64,000 bases of DNA from an uncultured Ferruginibacter sp. (GTDB lineage: Bacteria; Bacteroidota; Bacteroidia; Chitinophagales; Chitinophagaceae): the NCBI GenBank assembly GCA_964590975.1, contig CAZPXP010000006.1, positions 42,729 to 106,728 on the forward strand. The letters run 5' to 3'. Below the pieces are notes generated by a model that was not told the origin of the DNA, did no database searches, and saw nothing but the letters and a program-made list of their open reading frames with translations. Positions 46,866 through 56,369 of the stretch are shown here, in pieces. A program made the translations under genes and the position numbers. The first letter of the stretch is position 1; each line of letters starts with the position of its first letter.

Positions 46866-48479
46866 ATGAAAACAATTAACCGGTACTCATTATTTATTAT
46901 GGTGCTGTTGTGCAGCGTAGCCTTTTCGGTAACGGGCTACAGCCAGACCTGTTCCGGCCCTATCTACAACACTACCAACAGGATTATTATTACAGGCGTG
47001 GCCTGTGCTGCGACACAAACTTTTGAAGTGGATTTTGTATGGGACGACGGCCTGGGAACGGGCTCCTCTTTTTATTCGGGCACCCTGCCGGGTTTTACCA
47101 GCTTTGACCTGACTACAGATGCACCAGGCACCGGCGCCACAGGTACCGGTTTTGTGCTGGAACTGCCGGCAGGGGCAGACCTGCCTTATATTAACTGTAT
47201 ACAAGTGGGTACCGCACTGATTACCGTAAGGAAACAGGGTGTGCTTGGCCTTGACGTGGCTTATATAGATAATGTACTGCAACCCGATTGCCTGATCGAA
47301 TGCCCGGTGTTGCCCATTACGCTGCAAAGCTTCTCTTCTCAGTTTACCAACGGTCAGGTAAAGCTGCAATGGGTTACCGCACAGGAAAGTAACAGCAGCC
47401 ACTTCTGGGTACAGGAATCCTGCGATGGTGCCAATTTTGTGCGTATTGCCAAGATAGCGGCGGCGGGTACCAGTTCTTACCCGATCACTTATAATTATAC
47501 TGATCCTACTTTCTGCAAACCCCGCAGTTTCTACCGTCTTGAAATGGTGGATGATGACTGTAAGCGTAAGTTTTCGCAGATACTTTTGGTAACTACTACC
47601 AGTTGCAGCAGTTGCCCCAGTACACCGCCAACGGCTTCTTCGGCTTATGATCCGTGTGCGGGTGTATATGATGTAAAAATTACAGGGCCGGATCTTATAT
47701 GCAATAACCCCAACTATGCACTGTACCGTCTTAAAAATAAGCCCAACGGTGCTACTGTAACCTGGAGTGTAAGTTCCTCCGGCTATGCCACGGTAAGCGG
47801 TACTTCGGCTTATGCAAGGGTGCAACGCTCTAATAACTACTCCGGCAGCATCACGCTTACGGCCACTTTCTCCACTGGCTCCGGCCCGGTTACGAAAAGC
47901 ATCAACCTGGGTGCACAGCCCATACCGGTAACTACCGGCCAGTACTATTCGGGTTATACGCTGGTTCATACAGCAACGGTGTCTTCTCCGCTGCCCGGTA
48001 CCAGTTCGTATGATTATACCTGGTACCTGAATGGCAATTATATTGGTACGGGCCTCAGCCAGACGTTTTATGTCAACCCGCAATCTTCGGTATATTATGA
48101 TGTTCATGTTACTACGAACTGCGGGGAGTCTGTGTATTACGGTTATGTGTACAACCCGAATAGCGGCGGCGGTGGTGGTAACCCTCCCTGCGACTTTATA
48201 CCATTTAAGATAGCGCCTAACCCGGTAAAAGGATTTGTTAACCTGCGCCCGCTTCCCTGCGACCAGCAGCTACCATACGAGGTGAAAACGAAAGTGCCGG
48301 AGGTGTATACGGTACGTATCTACGACCAGATGAGGACGCTCCGCAAGGTATTCAATAACGTAAGGATCGCTGCCGGTGGCTCTGTTAAACTGGCTATAGG
48401 CGACCTGCCGAGGGGCAACTATATTGTAGAATTGTATGAAGGGAAACGTAAAGGATCTAACTGGATCATTGTAGAATAA
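46866..48479 (+). CDS. Secreted protein with Ig/FN3-like module and T9SS type A-like C-terminal sorting domain
   Basis: The ATG at 46866 gives MKTINRYSLFIMVLLCSVAFSVTGYSQ. Module CPVLPITLQSFSSQFTNGQVKLQWVTAQESNSSHFWVQES...FYRLEMVDDDCKRKFSQILLV is paralogous to one in 11972-13663. C-terminus FKIAPNPVKGFVNL...LPRGNYIVELYEG. The ORF-track start at 46734 (overlapping the NADAR stop, TGATG) would bury the signal peptide. Confidence 0.8.
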   Translation: MKTINRYSLFIMVLLCSVAFSVTGYSQTCSGPIYNTTNRIIITGVACAATQTFEVDFVWDDGLGTGSSFYSGTLPGFTSFDLTTDAPGTGATGTGFVLELPAGADLPYINCIQVGTALITVRKQGVLGLDVAYIDNVLQPDCLIECPVLPITLQSFSSQFTNGQVKLQWVTAQESNSSHFWVQESCDGANFVRIAKIAAAGTSSYPITYNYTDPTFCKPRSFYRLEMVDDDCKRKFSQILLVTTTSCSSCPSTPPTASSAYDPCAGVYDVKITGPDLICNNPNYALYRLKNKPNGATVTWSVSSSGYATVSGTSAYARVQRSNNYSGSITLTATFSTGSGPVTKSINLGAQPIPVTTGQYYSGYTLVHTATVSSPLPGTSSYDYTWYLNGNYIGTGLSQTFYVNPQSSVYYDVHVTTNCGESVYYGYVYNPNSGGGGGNPPCDFIPFKIAPNPVKGFVNLRPLPCDQQLPYEVKTKVPEVYTVRIYDQMRTLRKVFNNVRIAAGGSVKLAIGDLPRGNYIVELYEGKRKGSNWIIVE

Positions 48480-48489
48480 AATAAGCATG

Positions 48490-48535
48490 GCAGCCCGCCG
48501 GGGAGGGTAGCCGTCCATCCCCGGCGGTAAGCTGC
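48490..48535 (+). terminator. GC-rich hairpin after the five-gene string (putative terminator)
   Basis: gcagc-cccgccgggga ... tccccggcgg-taa-gctgc: a 10-11-bp perfect inner stem plus a 5-bp outer stem and a 13-nt loop. It begins 11 bp after the stop at 48479. No U-tract. Confidence 0.45.
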
Positions 48536-48636
48536 CTTATGATGACCTGCAGAGAAAAACAAAACGGTAGTATAAATCCTGCCCCGGTGGCTGATCCGGC
48601 GATGACGACCAAAACCGAACCTGAAAATATTAACTT

Positions 48637-51600
48637 ATGACAAGTTTAACAAAGCTCTTGTTGAAGCTGTGCTGTGTGTGCCTTACGCTTCTCTCTGTAT
48701 CTGCAGCGTATGCCGACTCTCTTACAACCGAAGAAAAAAAGGTAATTGCCAAAACAGATTATGTAAAAAATAATGGATTGCTCACTTCCGTGCTGTCGCC
48801 GGGGGAAGTAGGAAGCCTGCCCATCGGTATCGTAAAAGAAATTAACGGGCGTGCATATATCGTTGCTGTGGACAGTGCCCGGATAACACCGGAAGGTGGC
48901 TTTTTCAGTGCTTATATGGCTGTACAGATACCGGGTACCGAGCGCAAGCTCGCTTTTAAGGCGGAGAATGTAGCTTTCAGCCCTACGGGTGTAAAATTTT
49001 CGGCTACCACCCGTCTTAAACTGGTGTCGGAAGTGACTATTAATGTCAACAACCATGTTAAGCTCAAACTACCGGCTGATGGCTCGGTAAATTATATTGA
49101 ATGGGATTGTAACGGTTTTAAAAGTATCAAACTGGGTGGCACTTTTATTTTTGATGAAACTATTTTTAAGCCCGATCCACTGATGACATCGCTGACCGAT
49201 GTAAGAGCGAGCTTTACGATAGAGGCTAATGATATACATAATATTGTTGCTTCGCTTACGAGCTTTACCCCTTTTAAAGTAAAGGGGCTGGGTGATGTTG
49301 GTTTCAGCGTGACCAATGCCGCGGTGGATATGAGTGACTTTGCCAACCCCGCTTCATTTACTTTTCCTGAGGAGTATAACCAGACCTTTGGATCTGATAT
49401 TAATCTCTGGCGGGGATTCTACCTGCAAAACCTGACGGTGCGCCTGCCTAAGGAGCTGAAAAGTAAAACCGGGCCTGTAAAGCTGTCTGCCAATAATCTT
49501 ATCATTGATGATATGGGTGTGACGGGTAGTTTTGGCGGAACAAACCTGCTTTCGCTGGGTAATGGCAGCGCTGATGGCTGGGCGTTCAGTATAGACAGTG
49601 CTCATATTGACCTGCTCTTCAGCCACCTCAACGGCGCCGGTCTTAAAGGAGATCTCCAGATCCCCTTCCTTGGTACCGGCCCCATGGGTTATGAGGCGGC
49701 GGTACAGCAAAGGAATGGCGATCTTGATTATCTTTTTGCAGTAACCACTAATGCTGCGCATACTTATAATACTCCTATTGGTGCACAGATCACCCTTAAC
49801 GCGGGCAGTTCTATCAAACTGGAAAAAACCAATGGTGTAATTACTGCCGGTGCATTGCTTCATGGCAATGTAACGATTGGTAAAGACGAACTGCAACTGG
49901 CGAATATCAGTTTCAATAATCTTGAACTTACTTCGCGCAGTCCCTATATTCTCCGGGGTAGTTTTGCGCTTACCGGCAACGGGCAGGGGCGTTGCAGTAA
50001 CTTTCCTGTTTCTGTTTCGAATATAGGACTTGAGTTTTCATCGGGACAGGCTGCGCTGAAAGCTACGGTGAGCCTCAACTTCATGAATGCTTCGGACAAT
50101 GGTTTCTCTGCTTCTACCACCATCAAGCTGAAAGCGGGTGTTGAAGAGACGTCTACAGAGCCACAGGCGGGCTATGTGGTAAAAGACCAGCGCTGGGTAT
50201 TCCAGGGTATTTCGGTAGAGCGTATTGCGCTCAGTGCCAATATGGGTGGCTTCCAGCTCAACGGTATTATTGACCTGTTTAAAAATCATCCCAAATTTGG
50301 TAATGGGTTCCGTGGTAATATTGCCTTTAAGGTAAAACCCATCAGGGAGTGGTTCCGTGTTAATGCCTACTTTGGCAGTAAGAATGATGGCTCGGGCGAT
50401 TACCGTTACTGGCAACTGAACGTGTGTGTGCCGATAAAAATACCCATTGTTCCGGGTATCCTTTCTATCACGTCTATCACCGGCGGTGTGGGTTACCACA
50501 TGACCAAGGTATTACAGACGCCGAGCTTCTATGGTCTGTCGACCCTGGTGAATAATTCCACGCAGGATACGACGCTGGCTGCGCTGGACAGGTGGCCTGC
50601 CGACTTTGATTATGTGCCCGACCAGAACTCCGGCCTTGGTATTATGCTCGGTGCTACGGCTGAACTCGTGAATAAGAATATCCTTTATGCCGATGTGAAA
50701 TTTGAAATCCTGTTTACCCCGAGCTGGGGACTGCGCAGGGTACAGCTCACGGGCGGTGCTTACTTCTTTAAAGGTAAGGGACCGGAAGACGTGGGTACTT
50801 ATCTCACGGAAGGACAGGCTTCATCTGCGCCGATATACGCGCACATGAACCTGCTGTATGATAATGACAATGGTGTATTCCATGCTTCTATAAAGACGTA
50901 CCTCAAATTTGCAGGTATTAAAGGCACGGGACCGAATAACCTTGTAGGGGAGGCGGTGTTCCATGTGGATAATAACGACTGGTATCTTTATGTGGGACGG
51001 CCTTCGCAGATGCTGGGTATTTCTTTTGTAAGCATACTTGATATTAATGCTTACCTGATGATCGGCAGCAAGCTGGAGAACATGCCGCTGCCACCGCAGA
51101 ACCTGCTCAACATACTGGGTAACCCCAACCTTTATCAATCGATCAATCCTTATACGATGGCGATCGGGGGTGGCTTTGGCTTTGGCGCGCGCTTCCAGGC
51201 AGGTCTGCCAAGGGTAGGCCCCCGGCACCCGGATGGCCTGTATCATTTAGGCCCATTCTATGCGGGGATACAGGTGGGCGCCGGGTTTGACGTGATGCTT
51301 ACCAAACTGCCTTCAGCGCCCTGTGCGGGTATGACCGACTGGGGTATGCATCACTGGTATGCCCTTGGCCAGGTATATGCTTACCTGCAGGCACGTGTGG
51401 GTATTAAAGCTTTTGGCAAGAAGTTCGACATTCTTTATGTGGCGGCAGGTGCATTGCTCCAGGGTGGTTTTCCTGCCCCTACTTATATGAAGGGATACGT
51501 GGCGGGCCGCTACCGAATACTTGGCGGGCTGATCAAAGGAAATGTACGGTTTACTTTTACCATTGGGGATGATTGTACGCCTACAAATAATCCGAATGCT

Positions 51601-53058
51601 CTGCCGGAGGGTGAGCCGCAGCAGGAGGAGGTACCGATTATCGAATCGTTTAACCCGGGGGATAATATTGATTCGGTAAGCCTGTTTACCAAACCCAGGG
51701 TATCGTTCAATACACAGATTAACCGGGAGATACAACTGTCTGATGAAAACCCTGACCTGGTAAGGATCAGCATTTCAAGGCTGCAGTTGAAGAAAGGTAC
51801 TGATACGGTTGCTGTTACGCGTGTGTTCAACGAAGAAGAGGATGCGGTGACACTTTATCCTCCCGTGCTGCTGCCGATGACGCAGTATAATGTGAATGTA
51901 AAGATTGCGTGGGAGATCAAGGATTCGAGCAATGTGTGGAAGCCTTACCTTGTTGACGGGGTGCAGAAAACGGAAGAGAGGACGATTAGCTTCACTACGG
52001 GTGCCCCTCCGAGGAAAATACTCGCGGAAGATATACAATCGGCCTACCCGATACCTGCACAGTTGAATTTTTACCAGAAACAACTGGGTGGTTCCGGCTT
52101 TATCAAGCTGAAGGGACCTATGGACGAAGTATTTAATACAGAAGGCGGTGCATATAATTTCATAGCCAAATTCAATGATGGTTCGGGCAATGTGAAAGAG
52201 TCGCCTGTAAGCTACGATCCTTCGAGCAACAGGGTAAGTTTTACCGTACCTGACCTGGTGCCCGGCAGCACTACGCAGATGAAGATCTACAAATCGCTTA
52301 TCAGTGATCCGAGCGGGCAGAGCAATTTTGTCATCTTCAGTACGGGTTTCAGGGTAAGTCTCTTTAATACGATTGAGGCTAAACTGGCAACTATAGAAAA
52401 TAATACGGAAGACCTCGTTAATATTGCTTCCGGTAACGTGACGGTTATCGGTAAAAAGACCAATAATTTTGAGCAGTTTGACAGGTTTGAATTGTTTGGT
52501 TTTGGCGACAGTGGTGTGGCGAAGCCCATGATCAATGCGGAAGCGATTCATACGGGTACCTGGTTCTACAACAATGCGAAACCGCTGTTGTACGACGATT
52601 ACCCGAGTGGCGTGGTGCTGAGGGGCTTTAATGCGGGTATTACATGGAGGGATATACGGCAACTGAGCCCTGCTTATGTATTGATGAACCCTGCGCCTTT
52701 ACGTGGTATGGGTATTCACAACAACCAGATGCCGGAGGGCGGGTCGCTGGCCAACGAGCAGATCGATAACCTGGCACAGGTGAATAATAATGGTACGATC
52801 ACCACGGGCTACTATGTATCCTGGTATGCGGCCAAGGACTTTTATGAGCTGCGTAACAAGTATGCCATGATCTTTATGGATGAGGTATGGAGTAATAATG
52901 TGCCTTATATACCGGCTTATGCCCTTAAGATACTGACGGCCCCGGGATATGTTGATCTCACGTATGGCACGTATTATCCTGCCAGGATCACGTATAAGAT
53001 ACCGGATGCAGGTATATCGCCGGTTACCAGGGATATAAACCTGCAGTTTAATCAATAA
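48637..53058 (+). CDS. 1473-aa secreted beta-rich protein of unknown function
   Basis: Signal peptide LLLKLCCVCLTLLSVSAAYA. A long uninterrupted ORF with coding-like composition. I recognise no catalytic or sorting motif. Confidence 0.8.
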   Translation: MTSLTKLLLKLCCVCLTLLSVSAAYADSLTTEEKKVIAKTDYVKNNGLLTSVLSPGEVGSLPIGIVKEINGRAYIVAVDSARITPEGGFFSAYMAVQIPGTERKLAFKAENVAFSPTGVKFSATTRLKLVSEVTINVNNHVKLKLPADGSVNYIEWDCNGFKSIKLGGTFIFDETIFKPDPLMTSLTDVRASFTIEANDIHNIVASLTSFTPFKVKGLGDVGFSVTNAAVDMSDFANPASFTFPEEYNQTFGSDINLWRGFYLQNLTVRLPKELKSKTGPVKLSANNLIIDDMGVTGSFGGTNLLSLGNGSADGWAFSIDSAHIDLLFSHLNGAGLKGDLQIPFLGTGPMGYEAAVQQRNGDLDYLFAVTTNAAHTYNTPIGAQITLNAGSSIKLEKTNGVITAGALLHGNVTIGKDELQLANISFNNLELTSRSPYILRGSFALTGNGQGRCSNFPVSVSNIGLEFSSGQAALKATVSLNFMNASDNGFSASTTIKLKAGVEETSTEPQAGYVVKDQRWVFQGISVERIALSANMGGFQLNGIIDLFKNHPKFGNGFRGNIAFKVKPIREWFRVNAYFGSKNDGSGDYRYWQLNVCVPIKIPIVPGILSITSITGGVGYHMTKVLQTPSFYGLSTLVNNSTQDTTLAALDRWPADFDYVPDQNSGLGIMLGATAELVNKNILYADVKFEILFTPSWGLRRVQLTGGAYFFKGKGPEDVGTYLTEGQASSAPIYAHMNLLYDNDNGVFHASIKTYLKFAGIKGTGPNNLVGEAVFHVDNNDWYLYVGRPSQMLGISFVSILDINAYLMIGSKLENMPLPPQNLLNILGNPNLYQSINPYTMAIGGGFGFGARFQAGLPRVGPRHPDGLYHLGPFYAGIQVGAGFDVMLTKLPSAPCAGMTDWGMHHWYALGQVYAYLQARVGIKAFGKKFDILYVAAGALLQGGFPAPTYMKGYVAGRYRILGGLIKGNVRFTFTIGDDCTPTNNPNALPEGEPQQEEVPIIESFNPGDNIDSVSLFTKPRVSFNTQINREIQLSDENPDLVRISISRLQLKKGTDTVAVTRVFNEEEDAVTLYPPVLLPMTQYNVNVKIAWEIKDSSNVWKPYLVDGVQKTEERTISFTTGAPPRKILAEDIQSAYPIPAQLNFYQKQLGGSGFIKLKGPMDEVFNTEGGAYNFIAKFNDGSGNVKESPVSYDPSSNRVSFTVPDLVPGSTTQMKIYKSLISDPSGQSNFVIFSTGFRVSLFNTIEAKLATIENNTEDLVNIASGNVTVIGKKTNNFEQFDRFELFGFGDSGVAKPMINAEAIHTGTWFYNNAKPLLYDDYPSGVVLRGFNAGITWRDIRQLSPAYVLMNPAPLRGMGIHNNQMPEGGSLANEQIDNLAQVNNNGTITTGYYVSWYAAKDFYELRNKYAMIFMDEVWSNNVPYIPAYALKILTAPGYVDLTYGTYYPARITYKIPDAGISPVTRDINLQFNQ

Positions 53059-53062
53059 CCTT

Positions 53063-53100
53063 TATGACCGGCCCGCCTGAACAGAGCGGTGCCGGTCATA
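53063..53100 (+). terminator. Hairpin between the 1473-aa and 693-aa genes (attenuator or terminator-like)
   Basis: tatgaccggc-ccgc...gcgg-t-gccggtcata: a 10-bp perfect outer stem plus a 4-bp inner stem. It starts 5 bp after the stop at 53058 and is 26 bp before the next ATG. Confidence 0.4.
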
Positions 53101-53125
53101 TCTTTACTGCTGAAAGCTGGATTGT

Positions 53126-55207
53126 ATGATGAAAAAGATTCTGGTGTTCTTCGCCGTGTTGCTGCTTTGCGGGAGTGGGTTTGCCCAGGCAAAGGAAGGG
53201 CTGCGCCTTATCGCCAACGGAAAGAGAGATTCTATCCTGTTGCGATGGGCGCCTTCTACGCCTTTTCTCTGGCAAACGGGGAATAAAACGGGCTATATTA
53301 TTGAGCGGCTTACTTATATGCGCGACGGTAAAACGTTGCAGGTGGGTAAGCAGGATATCGTAAAATTAAATAACGAACCGATAAGGCCTTACAGCCAGGA
53401 ACAGTTGCTGCAAATGGCTAAGACAAACGAAAGGGCGGCGGTGGTGGCCGAAGCTATTTACGGAAAGCGTTTTGAGGTTACGGGGCCTGCTACGGCGAAA
53501 CCCGGTAAGGGCAATGTGATGGCGAAGATTGGTGAGGTGGAGAACCGCTTTGGATTTTCGCTGCTGCTGGGTGATGTATCGCCGGAGATCGCAAAGGCTA
53601 CCGGTTTGTTTTATACGGATCGTAATGTAAGGGCGGGTGAGCGGTATATCTACAGGGTGCGCTTTGCTGCGGAGCCTAAAAATTATAAGTATGAACCCGG
53701 ATCGGTAGTGCTGGAAGCTACTGATGAAATGAAGCTGTATAAGATACAGCATCCCCGGGCTGAATTTGGCAACCTCATTGCCACGGTTGAATGGCCTGTA
53801 ATGTTCTCTTCGGGTACTTATACGGCTTACAGCGTGGAGCGCTCGACTGACGGTAAGAATTTTAGACGGCTTACGGACCTGCCCATCATTAATGCCTCGG
53901 CTAAGAAGGATGGCGAGTATGCCAGCTATATGGATTCTCTTGCAGACAATACTACGCTTTATTATTACCGTGTACGGGGTATTTCTCCTTTTGGTGAAAC
54001 CGGACCACCTTCCGATATTGTAAAAGGAAAGGGTAAGGAAGCGGTTGTGTATTCGCTGGTTATTGATACGGCGGAAGTGATCGGTAATAAGAAGATACGG
54101 ATAGGGTGGAAGGCTGATAACCAGAGCAATGCCAAAGTAAAGGGCTTCCTGGTGTACCGCTCGCGTAAAGACGAAGGTCCTTATGCGGTTGTCAATAAAA
54201 AACTGGTGCCTGCTGCGGCTACCGAATTTATTGATGAGAATCCTGAGCCGAGTAACTACTACAAGGTAAAAGCTGTATTTGAGGACAGTGGCAGTACGGC
54301 AATAAGCTTTTCGCACCTGGCTATACTGGAAGATATTACCCCGCCTGCCGCACCTTCGGGGCTGAGGGGTAAAATTGATTCGAATGGTATTGTGAAAATA
54401 TCCTGGGAGCCAAATAAGGAAAAGGATATCTATGGTTACCGTGTATTCCGTTCCAACTCGCTCAGGGAAGAGTTTGCGGAGATATCCCGGTCTGTTGGCA
54501 CACCGGCGGAGTATAAAGACACGCTTCAACTGAATACGCTGACGAAGAATGTGTATTACCGCGTGGTGGCGCTTGACCGGACCTTTAACCATTCTGTTGC
54601 TTCGGAACCGCTATGGCTCAAGAAGCCCGATACGGTATCGCCGGCTCCGCCATTATTTACCTATGGCAAGCGGGAGGGTGATAAGATACGTATCAAGTGG
54701 ACGCCAAGCTCCAGTGATGACGTGGCTGGCTATACGCTTTTCCGGCAGGAGGCCGGTACTGCAGCACTTATCAAGCTGAGTGAATGGCCTGTGACTGATG
54801 CTAAAAAAGAAATGGAGGATGGTAAGGGTCTTGATTTTGGTAAAAGCTACATCTATGTACTGGAGGTAGCTGACAGTGCGGGTAATAAGTCGAAAGCCAG
54901 CTATGGTGAGATATATTACGAAACGGGCTACCGTGGGGAGGTAGATAATGTAAAGACAAAGGTTGACCGGGAGAACCATAAGATAGTGCTGACGTGGGAT
55001 TATAAGGTACCGGGGGTGGAAAAATATATTATTTACCGGGCCAAGGAAGGGCAGCCGCTGATTGTTTATACTACTGTTGCAGCGCCTGCCCGGGAATTTA
55101 CTGATACGGAACTGGTGGTGAACAATAACTATGTGTATAAGATACAGGCTGTATTTACGGGTGGTATGCGCTCGAAAATGACAGGTGAGATCAAAGTGAA
55201 ATATTAA
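53126..55207 (+). CDS. Secreted protein made of tandem FN3-like domains
   Basis: Signal peptide MMKKILVFFAVLLLCGSGFAQA. At least five modules end in the FN3 F/G-strand pattern (YYYRVRGISPFGETGPPS, YYKVKAVFEDSGS, YYRVVALDRTFNHSVASEP, YIYVLEVADSAGNKSKAS, YVYKIQAVFTGGMRSKM). Confidence 0.8.
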   Translation: MMKKILVFFAVLLLCGSGFAQAKEGLRLIANGKRDSILLRWAPSTPFLWQTGNKTGYIIERLTYMRDGKTLQVGKQDIVKLNNEPIRPYSQEQLLQMAKTNERAAVVAEAIYGKRFEVTGPATAKPGKGNVMAKIGEVENRFGFSLLLGDVSPEIAKATGLFYTDRNVRAGERYIYRVRFAAEPKNYKYEPGSVVLEATDEMKLYKIQHPRAEFGNLIATVEWPVMFSSGTYTAYSVERSTDGKNFRRLTDLPIINASAKKDGEYASYMDSLADNTTLYYYRVRGISPFGETGPPSDIVKGKGKEAVVYSLVIDTAEVIGNKKIRIGWKADNQSNAKVKGFLVYRSRKDEGPYAVVNKKLVPAAATEFIDENPEPSNYYKVKAVFEDSGSTAISFSHLAILEDITPPAAPSGLRGKIDSNGIVKISWEPNKEKDIYGYRVFRSNSLREEFAEISRSVGTPAEYKDTLQLNTLTKNVYYRVVALDRTFNHSVASEPLWLKKPDTVSPAPPLFTYGKREGDKIRIKWTPSSSDDVAGYTLFRQEAGTAALIKLSEWPVTDAKKEMEDGKGLDFGKSYIYVLEVADSAGNKSKASYGEIYYETGYRGEVDNVKTKVDRENHKIVLTWDYKVPGVEKYIIYRAKEGQPLIVYTTVAAPAREFTDTELVVNNNYVYKIQAVFTGGMRSKMTGEIKVKY

Positions 55208-55257
55208 AAGATGCTCCGGCATCTCCTTATTTTTGCCGCGGATCAAAACCTAACAAC

Positions 55258-56304
55258 ATGACCGACCAGGAAAGCTGCAGGATAGAGGCGATGTGTGTGC
55301 ACCATACAGGTAATAAAACCAATGGCGAAGAACTTATACTCTCTGATGCTCCTGTGAGCACGGGTGATGAAAAGCTTGAGGGCCTGCTGATGCAGTATTT
55401 TATGGGCGCTTTCGGCAGCGTAGAATATTATAACTTTACTTTCAGCAACGGCGACGCGGCGCTTAATCCCCTCTATCATTTTGTGCAACGGGTGTTTGCG
55501 GACCCTGCCCAACTTCATACTGCGAGTATTGATATTGCGCGGCATCTTTACGAGGTGTCGGCTCACCCCCAGATCAAGGCGGGTGATCTTTTCGTGGTTT
55601 ATTTCTCGGGTGTTGAACTTGAAGGAGTAATGATGGATGCATTGGGCATCTTCAAGGCTGAGAACCGGCAGGCTTTTCTGAAACCTGAATGGGCGAACAA
55701 CGGGGTAAGCCTTGGATACGGCGAGGGGATCAACGTGGAGAAGCTCGACAAGGGGTGTCTTATCTTCAATACTGCGGCGGGGGAGGGTTATAAGCTCTGC
55801 ACGGTAGATAAATCTAACAGGCAGGGTGATGCACAGTTCTGGAAAGATCATTTCCTGATGGTTAAGCCTTGCGGCGATGAGTTTCATCATACCAAAGAGG
55901 TGCTTACTATTGCCCGCCAGTATGTAACGAAACAGTTTGCCGAAGAGTTTGACGTAAGCAAGACCGACCAGATTGACCTGCTTAACCGTTCGCTCGACTA
56001 TTTTAAAACCCACCAGGCTTTTGACAAGGAAGAGTTTGAGCAGGTAGTGTTTCATCACCCGGAAATGATCCGCTCTTTTCAGCAGTTTAACGATCTGTAT
56101 TGTGATAATCATCAACTGGATATTGAAGACAGTTTTGATATATCGCGCCAGGCGGTAAAGAACCAGGCGCGTATATTTAAGAGTGTGCTTAAGCTCGACA
56201 GAAATTTTCATATCTATATACACGGGAATAAGAATATGATTGAGCGCGGGGTGGACCAGGATGGCAGAAAGTATTATAAGATCTATTACGAGAACGAAAG
56301 CTGA
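55258..56304 (+). CDS. Nucleoid-associated protein, NdpA/YejK-like
   Basis: 348 aa. N-terminal IEAMCVHHTGNKTNGEELILSD and PQIKAGDLFVVYFSGVELEG...ALGIFKAE...FWKDHFLMVKP follow the YejK-family layout as I remember it. Confidence 0.7.
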   Translation: MTDQESCRIEAMCVHHTGNKTNGEELILSDAPVSTGDEKLEGLLMQYFMGAFGSVEYYNFTFSNGDAALNPLYHFVQRVFADPAQLHTASIDIARHLYEVSAHPQIKAGDLFVVYFSGVELEGVMMDALGIFKAENRQAFLKPEWANNGVSLGYGEGINVEKLDKGCLIFNTAAGEGYKLCTVDKSNRQGDAQFWKDHFLMVKPCGDEFHHTKEVLTIARQYVTKQFAEEFDVSKTDQIDLLNRSLDYFKTHQAFDKEEFEQVVFHHPEMIRSFQQFNDLYCDNHQLDIEDSFDISRQAVKNQARIFKSVLKLDRNFHIYIHGNKNMIERGVDQDGRKYYKIYYENES

Positions 56305-56323
56305 CGGGGTACTGATAATAAAA

Positions 56324-56346
56324 CACCCCGGTCGGAGACCGGGGTG
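56324..56346. terminator. Bidirectional terminator-like hairpin between convergent genes
   Basis: caccccggtc-gga-gaccggggtg: a 10-bp GC-rich perfect stem between the stop at 56304 (+) and the stop at 56370 (-). Confidence 0.5.
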
Positions 56347-56369
56347 CTACCAATTGCAAATAAAAGAGA

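Noticed and set aside
46890-48107. 405-aa minus-strand ORF
   Set aside because: It is entirely antisense to the cargo gene at 46866-48479, which has a sorting domain. The product is Arg/Gly/Thr-rich and low in complexity, typical of the reverse frame of a GC-rich coding region.
53366-54592. 408-aa minus-strand ORF (the same applies to 51775-52662, 54653-55246 and 55243-56223)
   Set aside because: All are antisense shadows of long plus-strand genes that have signal peptides or recognisable domains. The products are Arg-rich with no motifs.
29140-55207. Type VI secretion or another contractile injection system as the toxin delivery route
   Set aside because: I looked for Hcp, VgrG, TssB/C sheath, baseplate or ClpV-like ATPase motifs in every long ORF of the locus and saw none.
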